DNA of 62,976 bases, counting the filler, from Folioceros fuciformis (Eukaryota): the NCBI GenBank assembly GCA_049999805.1. It is 4 parts of 4 records of this genome, joined end to end, with 100 filler letters (N's around TTAATTAATTAA, not from the genome) between each part and the next. Parts side by side here need not be neighbours in the genome. Positions count along the whole stretch, not along the records: positions 1 to 23,101 come from JBNGIO010005468.1; 3 more parts are not named here. One strand, written 5' to 3'. The notes beneath the pieces are model-generated. The model made no database searches, was not told where the DNA came from, and was given only the letters and a program-made list of their open reading frames with translations. This document shows positions 1 to 15,000 of this stretch, piece after piece (the stretch's first letter is position 1; every line of letters begins with the position of its first letter). The translations under genes and the position numbers were made by a program.

Positions 1-32
1 AAGAAACCCAGGACTGTCAAAGGTAGCTAGGG

Positions 33-2412
33 ATGATCAATAAAATCCAGAGGCGCCTGCGCCCAGGCAAGCATAATTCCAAGGCCGATAATAATGACAC
101 TGGATCTGGTGGGGGTACCATGGGAGGAATTCCTTCGTCGTCATCCCCATCGCCGGCAGTGGTAGGGACCCAGACATCAGGCGGGGGTACTAATTCTCGT
201 GGAGGTGGAACCCCCACAGCTCCCGTTTCCAGACAAGGATCCCAGGTTGCCCCTGTGCGCACTACTGCAGCTGCCTCAGCAAACACAGGTACCCGCCCGG
301 GGGTGAAGGACCCTAAGGTACCTGGCAACGTGGCTGTCAATGGTGCCCTTTTTGAGCCTCTTCCTCTCTTCAGAGATGTTCCCAGCTCCGACAGACAGAG
401 CCTGTTTATTAAGAAACTCAATCAGTGCTGTCATACGTTCGACTTCACGGACCCCACCAAAAATGTGAAGGAGAAAGAAATCAAGCGTCAGACTTTGTTG
501 GAGCTGGTGGATTATGTGCAATCTGGGACGGGCAAGTTTACGGAAGCTGTGTTTGAGGACATCACAAAGATGCTGGTGACGAACCTCTTCCGGACGCTGC
601 CACCATCATCCCATGAAAACTCTGGGTCGGACAACTTTGATCCTGAAGAAGAGGAGCCCACCATGGATCCTGCATGGCCACACCTTCAAGTTGTCTATGA
701 GTTTCTATTGCGATATGTCGTTTCAACTGAGACAGATGCCAAACTCGTCAAGAGATATATTGATCATTCATTTGTCCTCAGACTGCTGGATCTGTTTGAT
801 TCTGAGGACCCTCGGGAGAGAGAGTACCTGAAAACTATCCTGCACCGTATCTATGGGAAGTTCATGGTGCACCGACCTTTCATCCGGAAGGCCATCACCA
901 ATATTTTTTACCGTTTCATATTTGAAACAGAGAAGCACAATGGGATTGGAGAGCTGCTGGAAATATTGGGTAGCATCATCAACGGGTTTGCTCTACCTTT
1001 GAAGGAGGAGCACAAACTGTTCTTGGTGCGGGCTCTCATCCCCTTGCATAAGCCCAAATGTGTGTCCATATATCACCAACAGTTGTCCTACTGCATAACA
1101 CAGTTTGTGGAGAAAGACTTCAAGCTTGCAGACACAGTTGTCAGGGGTCTCTTGAAGTATTGGCCTGTCACGAATAGTCAAAAGGAGGTGCTCTTCCTTG
1201 GGGAGTTGGAGGAGGTCTTGGAGGCTACTCAGGTGGCTGAATTCCAGCGCTGCATGGTTCCCTTGTTTCGTCAGATTGGCCGGTGCCTCAACAGTTCCCA
1301 CTTTCAGGTTATGAGCCAGACATCATCTCTGCTGTCATGCCTTGCACACTTGGGGCTGCCTGTCGTGTTCCATGTCGATTTCCTTCCTAGTCGATTGCTT
1401 GCGAGAGTCATGCTCACTGCAGTTTTGGTTTTAGGATGTGGGTGTATGTACGGATTACAGTGGATTGCGTTCATTTGTTTCTGGAGCAGGGAGTTTTATG
1501 CAGCATGTCCTAACTCATCATCTCAAGAGTTGCTGATGTTGTCTTGATTGATAACATTTCAGGTGTGAAAGTGAGTTGATTTCTAACATGCGTGGGGAGA
1601 CTTTGAGTTTGCTTGCATGCTCAGTGTCAAGTGATAATGACCCCCATGTTAGCCTCCTGAAGGGGTGCTGACCACGTAGGTCCAATGTGGCTGCGTCAGG
1701 GATGGTGGTGTTGCGAAGATCACTGCTAAATGCCTGTGGTTTGGCATGGCTTCTTGGGTATATATTTGATGTCTCATCTTTGATTAAAACCAATGATGCT
1801 TCAGAATGATGTGTCCCTTTGTTGACGACAAAATGCCCCAGTTTTGCAATGTTGACTGAGTATTCTGTTGAAGTATATAGTGAGTTTCTTCGCATGGCTT
1901 TGACATTGTAAGCTTTGCAGTGTTTTGAGGAGGTTTGAAGATATCGAGAGCTCTGTCTGCTACGTGCAGCTAAAGTGGTTTTTTTTCCTCACTGGGATGC
2001 TCAAAGGCCTTCTTTAATGTGGCAGGTGGCGGAGCGGGCGCTGTTTTTGTGGAATAATGATCACATTGTTAGTCTGGTTGCTCAGAATCGGACGGTCGTT
2101 TTACCTCTAATTTTTAATGCACTAGAGAAGAATACAAGAAGTCATTGGAATCAGGCTGTGCACGGGCTGACGTTGAATGTAAGGAAGATGTTCGTGGATA
2201 TGGATCAGGATCTTTTTCAGGAATGTCTGCAAAAATTTCAGGAGGATGAAGAAAAGGCAAAGGGACTGGAGGAGAAACGAGAGATAACTTGGAAGCGCCT
2301 AGAAGTGGTGGCAGCGTCGAGGGCAGTGGGTGCAGATACACTGTCAACAACTCAGGGACTGAATAGTAATATGGGGATGGCTTATGGCCAGAGGGCAGTT
2401 GTAGGGGGCTAG
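33..2412 (+). CDS. Protein phosphatase 2A B' (B56) regulatory subunit, 2 exons (33-1307, 2026-2412)
   Basis: B56 motifs [42 protein letters not shown] and [17 protein letters not shown]. The GT..AG intron 1308-2025 falls at the conserved HFQ/VAER junction. Confidence 0.96.
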
Positions 2413-3848
2413 ATGATTTGTGTCTTCCAAGATTGAAAGTCAGTATTGCTTTTCGGAGCTAAAATCGGTTAGAGTCCTTCCTTATGGTGTCTAGTTTGTG
2501 AGATCTCTGTTGGCCTAGCTGAAAGCTGGGTGGAAGGTTGATCTAGATGGCTCCCAGTAATCGGTGTTGAGCTGATGCAGGTTCAAGGGTGAACAGGAAT
2601 TTGCAGAGGTATAAGATATTTTGCCATTCTGAGAGGTGAAATGGGGCTTGTAGCAAGCCTGTGACATTCTGTTGTTTATTACTGTCATGGAGAACTTCTT
2701 TTTTGGAAGTTTTCTGGAGGTTTGTGTCTTGTGGCTCCTGGATCACTGAGGGGATGCAGTAAATAGGGAGGTCTTGCCTGACTGAGGTATGTGGGCAGGC
2801 AGTGCAGGAGATGGTTGTGTTGGTGGAGCGGGGGCATTAGTCGTGGTGCAGTTGTGGGTGTCGATTGGGGTTGTTTCAATGCTGGGTGTAGCCCTGTCTG
2901 CCATCGACACGCGGTTGCATGCCGAATGGCAAGAGACACCATGATCTGCGTTGATGTCGTGTTCACCTTGAGTCTAGTGTGTCGGGCACCGAAGTGAACT
3001 GATGTTTTGCGGAGGAGGATGTATCCATCGAATCAATAAAGTCGATCTCGCGCCAAGTGGACGCAGTCGTATAGAGAGTCGGACGTACGTTCAACTGTAT
3101 GGTCTCAGATAGAGTTGTGGCCCGCTTGTGTTTTACTCGACGTAACATGTAAATTTTTAAAATGTTTGATGTGCTCGAAGATATTATGATTCACTTGCTG
3201 ACCATATTAGAGATGGTTGGTTACCACTAGGTCGGGTGTTAGTGGAATGCATCTCTGTCTGGTTTAGGTGCATCTTGATATAGTTTTGCTTTAGGTACAA
3301 CTTGACATTGATTTGCATCTTGATACTCGGTAGCCCTGTGCCTTGGTATGTAGGCAATGGGTGTAGTATAGGTCAGGACGGTCATTTATGAGTGTAATCT
3401 CGAATTATATCAAGGCAGGCACACTAGCACTTCTTGAAACTTATTAGGGCTATGTTCATTATCTCTAATTCATGTTGCATGTGGTATATAAGATTTGAAT
3501 ATAAATATTATTTTTTGTAATATTCTTTAATCACACAATAATAGTTTGTAGTAATGAAAGAAGCATCCTAAGTTTCTTAATTCTCCATGAGATGTAAGTC
3601 TCATTTGACAAAAAAAAGTATATAATAAGAAATTATGTTAATTTTGTATTACTAGATTGCAATCTAGGGTTTTGGGTTTTGGGTTCCTAGGCATAAGAGG
3701 AAAGGTCACCAGTATGCGAGTTGAGAAAGTATAGATTGAAGCAAGTTGCTATGGGCAGCACAACTAATCTTTATGGATGGCATGAATTATCTTTATCAAT
3801 GTGTGGACTCAGCTATCGCCAATGTGTGGACTAGGCTATCGAAAGCTT

Positions 3849-4047
3849 CCTCTTATATATTCAGTTGGATTGTTTGCTCGAAATCCTTGCAACCTCTTAT
3901 ATATTTAGTTGGATTGTTTGCTCGAAATCCTTGCAACCTCTTATATATTCAGTTGGATTGTTTGCTCGAAGTCTTTGCAACCTCTTATATCTTCAATTCT
4001 TTGCAACCTCTTATATCTTCAATTGGCTTTTGCTCGAAGTCCTTGCA
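3849..4047. repeat. Tandem repeat, 44-bp unit, about 3 full copies plus partial copies
   Basis: Unit cctcttatatattcagttggattgtttgctcgaaatccttgcaa starts at 3849, 3893, 3937 and 3981 (degenerate). Confidence 0.85.
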
Positions 4048-4881
4048 GACTATCAACCTCTTTGCATGATTCTCAATGTAGCAAACCTTGAGATTGCTCA
4101 TCCTATCTTGTGTGCCACAATCAAACCTCCAACAAGGCTGTAAACCCTANNNNNNNNNNCTATCTTGTGTGCCACAATCAAACCTCCAACAAGGCTGTAA
4201 ACCCTAGCTTGCTTGCCACAATGAACCTCGACGTACCAAACCTTGAAATTGCTCACCTGGTCTTGTCTAGTCTTGTCATTGTGTGCTACAATCAAACCTT
4301 GAAATTGCTAACATCATAAAGAAGCTAATAAGGCATCCATTACTGGCCTTGCCACTCTCACCCTATGATTTTCACCATTGATTAGGGTTTCAAGTGTAGC
4401 TAAGCTATTGCTCATGAGAAAAGTCTCTTACATAAATAATTTTAAAAAAACCTGCAAAAAAATTACTGGTAAGATCATTATTTTAATAAAAAAAGCTGGG
4501 TTCAATGACGCCATATGCCACGACGTACTGTAATCGCTGCTGACGCCGATTGGCATATGCGTGGTGTAAAGTGAAACGTAGTCGACTGGCGTCTACGTAG
4601 TGTATGTATTCCCGCGTACGTAGGTGGTACTTAAGTGAATTGTGAATGGGTAAATAATAAGCATCGGATCGGACAGTGCACTCTATTCACCCTCGTCTCC
4701 CCTCTTCGAGCCTTTGCCCTCGTTCTCAAGCATCTGGTACCATCACAGGCAGCAGAGGGAGAGGCAGTGGCAGGGGCAGGGGCAGAGGCAGAGGCAGAGG
4801 CAGCGAGCGCTAGAAGAAGTTCCCATCGCATTGCTGTTGCTGTTCGCCCGTTGCTTCCGAGGGCGACGGTGAGGGAGGGCC

Positions 4882-8088
<3,207 letters not shown>

Positions 8089-9162
8089 AGCACGAATTTG
8101 AGTCGCAAGAATATGAGCGCCCACCAGCATCAATTGCTGGTCTGTTTTTGTGCCTGAGGTCTGCCTTCTTCGAGACTGTTTTGAAATAAGGCCTACGATG
8201 CCCGGCATCGGGCTTCTTCACTTTTGATGTTGTGAGAAGCTAGATTCATCCCCGGATTTCGTCAATAGGTGTGCGAATTTTCAGGACTCAGCAATGCACA
8301 TCAGGTTAAATTACTTGTTTGTTGATCGGTGATTTGTCATCACAACAGATTTTGTAATGGAGTCTCGCGAATTCTTTTGCCTTGTCTTGAAATAAAAGAC
8401 AACTCGGAACGAACAAGCAAACGAAGACGCCCTGGTTATTGGACTTGTCTGCATCTGGAGTTAAACGGTATTCGAGGAACGTGCCTATCGTCGCCCTCTC
8501 CACCCAAGGCGGCTCGTCACTATTCCAGGTGCGACAGCCGCTTCCCATTAATAGTCGCCGTTACACTGTCTGTACAGTCCAGTCTTTGGCGTCTATTCAC
8601 TTGTCACAAAGTGCAGTACCCAAGCGCGGGTTTGGCTATACTGTCCATACGTACTTTTGGGCTCTGTTACACCGAATCATGTTGACCTAGTGCGCTCCGT
8701 CGTTCGCCAACCTCCATATGCCTTTCATTATCTTGGATACCTTCGGAGAGGCTAGTACCTTTCGGCCTTTGGCTATATGCAGGTTGTTCTCCACCGTTGG
8801 AGTAGATGGGATTGTCCATCTTATTTTAATAATAAAAATTAATCCCAATATCTTGGATTAGGGTTTATAATGTATATAGATATATTTAGTATGTAATATA
8901 GCAAAAGATGTGAGCTCCATATCATTAACCATGGGATAATTTGCCCCGACATTGAAAGTATGGCATGTACAAGGACCCATAATAATTTGTCCCTACATTG
9001 GAAGTATGGCACATATAAGACCCATAATCCTCTCAACATCTATTGTTTATGGAAAGGCATAGATAATGCTAACCTACTGAGATGTTGAAAGCACTAGTTC
9101 TCTTGCGTATCTGAAAGGAGGTATTAACAAAGAGGAGGTTTCTTTATTTTGTTCCTTTCGAT

Positions 9163-9450
9163 GCCTATTCCTGTGCTCTTCCTAGCTCTTTGGTCAAGGT
9201 GCTCTTTCCTATTCATGTACTCGTTCTGACTCTTTGATCAAGGTGCTCTTGCCTATTCTTGTACACTTCCTAGCTCTATGATCAAGATATGCTTGCCTCT
9301 TCTTGTGCACTTCCTAGCTCTATGGTCAAGATACGCTTGCCTCTTCTTGTGCACTTCCTAGCTCTATGGTCAAGATACCCTTGCCTCTTCTTGTGCACTT
9401 CCTAGCTCTTTGGTGAAGATGCTTTTGCCTATTCTTGTGCTCTTTGATAG
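9163..9450. repeat. Tandem repeat, 44-bp unit, about 6.5 copies
   Basis: Unit gcctcttcttgtgcacttcctagctctatggtcaagatacgctt at 9163, 9207, 9251, 9295, 9339, 9383 and 9427. Confidence 0.85.
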
Positions 9451-9832
9451 ACGTGCTCTTTGTCACTTGTCTTGTACAAAATAAAAAAACTATGTGAGAT
9501 AGAGACATACAACCTAACAAACAATTCTTGAATTGTGCATTTTATTATCACTCTTGTGGAAATTAATGTTTGCAAACATTTCTTTGATGGACAATTCTCT
9601 ATAACCTGGACATTAGGCTCAATCACATGCATGTCATTGGTTTGCCTTTGCAACCAACGAAGTAGCATTTGTTATCAACTCAAACACTTAGGTTCTATTC
9701 ACCACAAATTCAGGTAAATGTAGTAACATATGTTAGACATCTTTTACTAACTTTTGCCAAACTAATATTTTTAGTAACTCTACACAATGGAGTATCTTGC
9801 AGATTAAGGATAATATATTCATAACTACAAGT

Positions 9833-9868
9833 GCCTTGAAGTGCCTTCAGTTGAAGGCACTTCAAGGC
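9833..9868. repeat. Perfect inverted repeat, 17-bp arms, 2-nt spacer
   Basis: gccttgaagtgccttca-gt-tgaaggcacttcaaggc. Confidence 0.9.
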
Positions 9869-9942
9869 TAATCTATTTGTCCTTTATGCTCAATTGATCT
9901 TACTTCACAACTACACAATATAAAATAAGGAACACCTAGCTT

Positions 9943-9981
9943 AGGTGGAAATGAGGAACACCTTGTTCCTCATTTCCACCT
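9943..9981. repeat. Perfect inverted repeat, 18-bp arms, 3-nt loop
   Basis: aggtggaaatgaggaaca-cct-tgttcctcatttccacct, extendable by cctag...ctagg. Confidence 0.9.
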
Positions 9982-10002
9982 TTCTAGGATTTTGTATACT
10001 CG

Positions 10003-10522
10003 GTGAAGAATTGGAAAAGGATGGAAGAGGAGAACCAATCACTGGCAAAAGCAGATATGGACGTAGGCCTATCGGACTTAAGAGTATTGGCCAGAAACAC
10101 GAAGGTTAAATATCATGTTATTCAACGGAACGTTCTGGAAATGAAGGCATTTCTGGTAAAACGGCCATATACGCTGTTTGTTATTTGCAGACTTGCCTCA
10201 CAGACTTTAGCGACATGAGTTTGACAAGTAGATGAACATCTCCGGGTTGGATGAAATGATTCGAGGATTTAGCAAATGCACTTCCAATACCATTTTTAGG
10301 GCTGTATTGATGCATGGAGTTGATATCATATCACTAATCAAGAGAGGCGCTCTAACCATGGTGCAAAAAGGGAAGTATACATACTTTGATATGGGAGAAG
10401 ACAAATATACCCCATAACGCAGGTGCGGTTGAAATTGTAGAATATTGCACCACTATTTGCAAATCAAGGGTTTCTTCTGCCACGAGTTATAAGGCATGGA
10501 GCAATGGTGAAGAAGCACCTAT
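10003..10522 (+). pseudogene. 5' part of a degenerate beta-class N4C/N6A DNA methyltransferase (N6_N4_Mtase-like), cut by the copia insertion
   Basis: Read across frameshifts and stops: VIQRNVLEM (10117-10143, like IxGDxLE), ADLPH (10187-10201, DPPY-like motif IV), TLIWEKTN (10383-10406, IxWxK) and VEY (~10437-10445). The frame from 10441 runs through the TSD into the 3' part. Confidence 0.6.
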
Positions 10523-10779
10523 TAATAGAAGATAGTGTGTTGAATCATTGCTTAGGGTTTCGTGTTATTATTCAGCACATATATAGTGTGTATGTGCATG
10601 TAGTTTTTATACAGCTACTTACCGTTTCGCTAGGGTTGTGTCTCTAGTTAAAGGTCATGCCTTTACATTTTCTAGATTAAGTCTAGTTCTTTTTTTCATT
10701 AATATGTTTTTATGTTTATAAACAATATAATGTAATTACTCAACATGTAATTGATCTGCACCAATTCCATATTTCGTCA
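10523..10779 (+). repeat. 5' LTR of copia-A (TA...CA termini)
   Basis: Direct repeat of 17331-17588; preceded by the TSD and followed by the tRNA-iMet PBS. Confidence 0.95.
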
Positions 10780-11141
10780 TGGTATCAGAGCCGTGAATAG
10801 GTGCAGATTGCATTCATAGGAATGCACATTAAATTGTGCACATGTAGGTGTGCATAAATATGTTTTTTGTGTTTGTTTCTTTATTAGAAATTAAGTTTCT
10901 AATAAGAAATCAAGAAGATGTTTTAAAAAACTGCTTTTAATTTATTTTCTTGGTTTTTATATAGAAATTTCTGCATTTCTAGGAGTAAGATCTAACGCAT
11001 CTGTTGCCAGATTGCTGCAAAGCAATCTGACATCAGGCACGCTAGAACGATTGCTAGAAGTGGCAGGAATTCTCATATAAAATCATAAATAGATTATAAA
11101 ATGGTTCTTGAAATTCTCAAAAACACAAAACATATGGCCTA

Positions 11142-11903
11142 ATGAATGGCAATCCTCAAGATGGTGGGCAACAATGGCCAGGACGGCCAATTCCCTTCCA
11201 CGAGCTGATCAACCAGCCAAGGAATCGACGAAGGGGACAGGGTGCGCATACAAATGCAGCAAGACAGACAACTGCACAGCAGCTCCATCAACAGATTACA
11301 GAATGGACAGCACGCACTCCTAATCAACCTGTTCTAACACTTGAAGTGAGGGAATCCTTCAACACACTGATTGAAGCCCTCTTTCCTGAACAGCACCATT
11401 TGGCGTTCGTCCCACCACCGAGGAACCCTAACAATCTCCCAGAAATTCGGGTACAACGAGCCTTTGACGGCAATGGTAATCCAAGAGGGTTCCTAACCAC
11501 ACACGTTGCACCACACACCAATGTCACAGAATTAGCCTCTAGGTTAGAAGCACATCAGCGGTATGTTGATAGGCGTTTTCAGAACATAAGCCAACAACTT
11601 GCTGCTGTTTCTGTTGACTTACGTGTGCTGTTGGAGCAGATTGGGCATTTAGATTTCAAGTTGCTTGCTTTGCTGAAGCCTGCTCTTCTTGCTAACCCTG
11701 CCACTAGGGGGACAGCTTGTAAGTCAGCAGCTAAAACTAACAAGCACCATAAATTTGATTATCCTAATTCATGCCCATCGTGCTCAACCTACACTTTTAA
11801 TCGCTGGGAGATTAGAAACCAGAACATAAGGGAAATCACAGGTAGGCAGATGGTCAACCTGCGTAGGTCTGACCAGCAGATTGGTCCTATCTTACCCTTG
11901 TGA
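11142..11903 (+). CDS. Extra 253-aa ORF upstream of gag in copia-A, unknown function
   Basis: Uninterrupted ATG-to-TGA ORF between PBS and gag, with a heptad-like region (LASRLEAHQRYVDRRFQNISQQLAAVSVDLRVLLEQIGHLD) and a Cys/His cluster (C-x8-HH-x7-CPSC). Confidence 0.65.
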   Translation: MNGNPQDGGQQWPGRPIPFHELINQPRNRRRGQGAHTNAARQTTAQQLHQQITEWTARTPNQPVLTLEVRESFNTLIEALFPEQHHLAFVPPPRNPNNLPEIRVQRAFDGNGNPRGFLTTHVAPHTNVTELASRLEAHQRYVDRRFQNISQQLAAVSVDLRVLLEQIGHLDFKLLALLKPALLANPATRGTACKSAAKTNKHHKFDYPNSCPSCSTYTFNRWEIRNQNIREITGRQMVNLRRSDQQIGPILPL

Positions 11904-12063
11904 GTTGTAGGCTGCAGTAAGCAGCCTATCTCTGATGTGCTAATTGCATCAGAGTCTTCTCTGAATCCTCATTTGTTGAGCTGCACAGGTTAGGTCACAC
12001 AAGTACATTAGTAGCACACTCATAACATCCTCACTGTGAGGAGGGCTAACAGCAGTCTTAGAC

Positions 12064-15000
12064 ATGGGTGACACTGCTAATCTACCGAGAGATGGATTCA
12101 GGGAGAAGGATAGATTTGGGGGGGCAGACTATGACATTTGGGTCATTAGAATGCGTGGAGCACTACAAAACAAGCTGTTGTGGGCATGGGCCAGTGGAAA
12201 AGAAAAGTTTCTTGCAGTCATAGGTACTCCAACTGCTACTAAGCAGAAGGCAATAGATTCCTGGACAATCAAGGATGAAGCAGCATAGTACCTTATCCGG
12301 AGTGGTCTGACGACTGACATGTTGAGACACACCTCTGGTTGCAAAACCTCAGCTGAGATATGGACGCGGCTTCAGGACCTGTACGCTGGAACAGATGACA
12401 CAACTCAAATGGCAGCACTTCGCAATATACAGAACTTAAGGATGAAAGAAGGAGAGTCTATTGAAAAACATCTAGTAGTCTTCAGAACTCTTATCTCCAA
12501 GTTTGAAAGTGCAGCACAGGAAAGTGTGAAGGATTCAGCACTGATCCTTCACTTCATGATGAGCCTCCCAGAATCTTGGTTACATTTCGTGACCTCCTAC
12601 AACACTTCGCAGCTGCAAGGGCAGAAGATAGCTAAAGCTGTAAATGTTACTCTCCCCAAACCGACATTTGCAGAATTTGTGGGAGCTCTTCTTCAAGAGG
12701 AAGCTGCAAGAGGACAATTCAAACGACCTGGTAAACAGCAAGCTTTGTACACCAACAACAAAGGACAGGGCAAAAAGCCCAACTTCAGAGGTAAACAGAA
12801 TACCTCAGGTGCTAGCAGCTCGCAAGGAGCTTCTACACAGAAGAAACCCAAGAAGGCTGGAAAGTGCCACTGGTGCCAAATTCCAGGCCATTGGGAAAGT
12901 GAGTGTCGAAAGAAGCAGTCCGGAGTACCTCGCAAGGAGGCAAACTCCACTTCTCAGACACACGTTGTGGTGACGAAACAAGGCTCATCTGCAACCCTTA
13001 CAGTAGGGACCAGGGAGTTTACTCATCCTTTTACTAATCCCACATGTCTGTCAATGAACACTCAAGGCAAACCCATCCTAGAGTGGTTCCTTGATACAGG
13101 TGCAACAGCGCACATCTATTTCGACTAAAACGCCTTCGTCACATACAGGTTAGTACGAGACAGATTTGTTTACCTAGGTGACGATAGCAGGCTTGTGTGT
13201 CCAGGCATTGGCACAGTCAAGCTTCCTGTCCCTTCAGGCATCACACTTCTACTCACAGATGTGTTCCACATGCCTGAAATGACAAGGAATCTCATTTCTG
13301 TAAGGAAAATGAATTTAGATAACAGTACACATATATTGTTTACTCCAACAGAATGTAGGATCTTAGATGCCTTTGATCATCGTAAGATCCTAGCCTATGG
13401 GTCGTTAGACACTGACCTGTTTAGGTTGCACACTCACATTAGCACTGCCACTGCCCATTTGGCTTCTAAGTCTCCAGAGATTGCTGAAAAGCAAGAAACA
13501 AAGGCTATGTTATGGCATGTTAGACTAGGTCATCCTCACAGCTCCAAGTTGCAAAAACTAGTTGTAAGTGACTTATATTTTGACGGGACGATTGGCAGCT
13601 TGCCCCCCTTACCTTTATGTGAAGCTTGTGTGCTGTCAAAATGCCATCAGGCTGCCTTTAAAAACAAGGCTCCTCACAAGGCTTCTAAAGTCCTTGAACT
13701 TGTGCACACTGACATATGTGGGCCACTCTCACAGCCCTCCATCGGAGGAGGCAGATATTTCCTCACATTCACAGACGACAAGACCAGATTTGTCATTGCT
13801 TATATCTTGAAAGCTAAAAGTGAGTGCTTCTCTCTGTTTAAAGAGTGCATGAAGCTTGCAGAGAGATGGACAATCAAACAGCTGAAAACCCTACGTTCAG
13901 ACAATGGCGGAGAATTCACATCAAATGAATTTCAGGCTTTTTGCAAAGACGAGGGTATTGGGAGACAACTTACAGTTGTTTATACGCCGCAGCAGAACAA
14001 TGTTGCTGAGCGCTTGAACCTGATGTTGCAGGAGATGGTTTCCTCTATGCTTCATCAAGCCTCATTGCCTCTCTCCTATTGGGCTGAAGCCCTTATGACA
14101 GCTGTGTATCTACGCAACAGATTACCTACAACTGTTGTGCTCGGACAGACCCCTTTTGAAGTTTTTTATGGCCGGAAACCAGCTATCCTTCATCTTCGGA
14201 CCTTCGGGTGTGTGGCATACGCCTTCATACCTAAAGCCAAGAGACCAAAGTTCGCTGCTAAAGCCAAGAAATTCCTCATGATAGGATACACTGAAGGTAT
14301 CAAGGCTTATAAGCTATACGACGTACCTCAGAACAAGGTGGTCTATGCACGCAGTGTGACCTTTGGTGAAGGTCGAACTTGGCAACAAGTGGGAGCTGTC
14401 CCCACAGAGGAGGCACTCGATTTCCCTACCCTGCCCGACATCACTGTTTTTCTAGGTCTCGCACTTGAGGAGGTTGCTCCTGCAGGGGGGGAAGAACAGC
14501 CAAATGATGATGATGAGCGAACAGCAGAGCAGGAGCAGGACTTGGATGCCGAACACATTGCTGACTTGCAGCACCAACCTCCTCACGATGCTGCTGAACC
14601 AGATCATCCACCTGACCTTTTACCTGCTCCCCATCCAGATTCTGACGAGGATGCTGATCCTCTTGATAGTGATGCATGAGGTGAACCTGAACAACCTTTG
14701 CAACCTGTCCTGCCTCCACAACCTGAGCGCCGTTATCCTGCAAGAGAAAGACGGGCACCGGATTATTATCAGTCACAGGACTTTCGCAAGCCAACAGCTA
14801 ATGTAGCAACTTCTCTGGACTTGGCAATTGAACCTCAATCCTATGAAGAAGCTCTTAGTCGTCCTGATGCTGCTGAGTGGAAGAAGGCAATACAATCTGA
14901 GTATGATTCCTTGATAAAAAATGGAACATGGGAACTTGCTAAGTTGCCTCCTGGACAAAAGGTGGTATCATGCAAGTGGGTGTTTAAACTAAAGGTAAAG

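Noticed and set aside
1308-1547. Hydrophobic C-terminal extension of the 504-aa PP2A ORF
   Set aside because: Read-through into the intron; the conserved sequence resumes at 2026.
4102-4207. Direct repeats flanking 10-N gaps (also ~26916-27052, 52247-52352, 53527-53630, 60874-60914)
   Set aside because: Identical sequence on both sides of a short gap most likely reflects unmerged contig overlaps.
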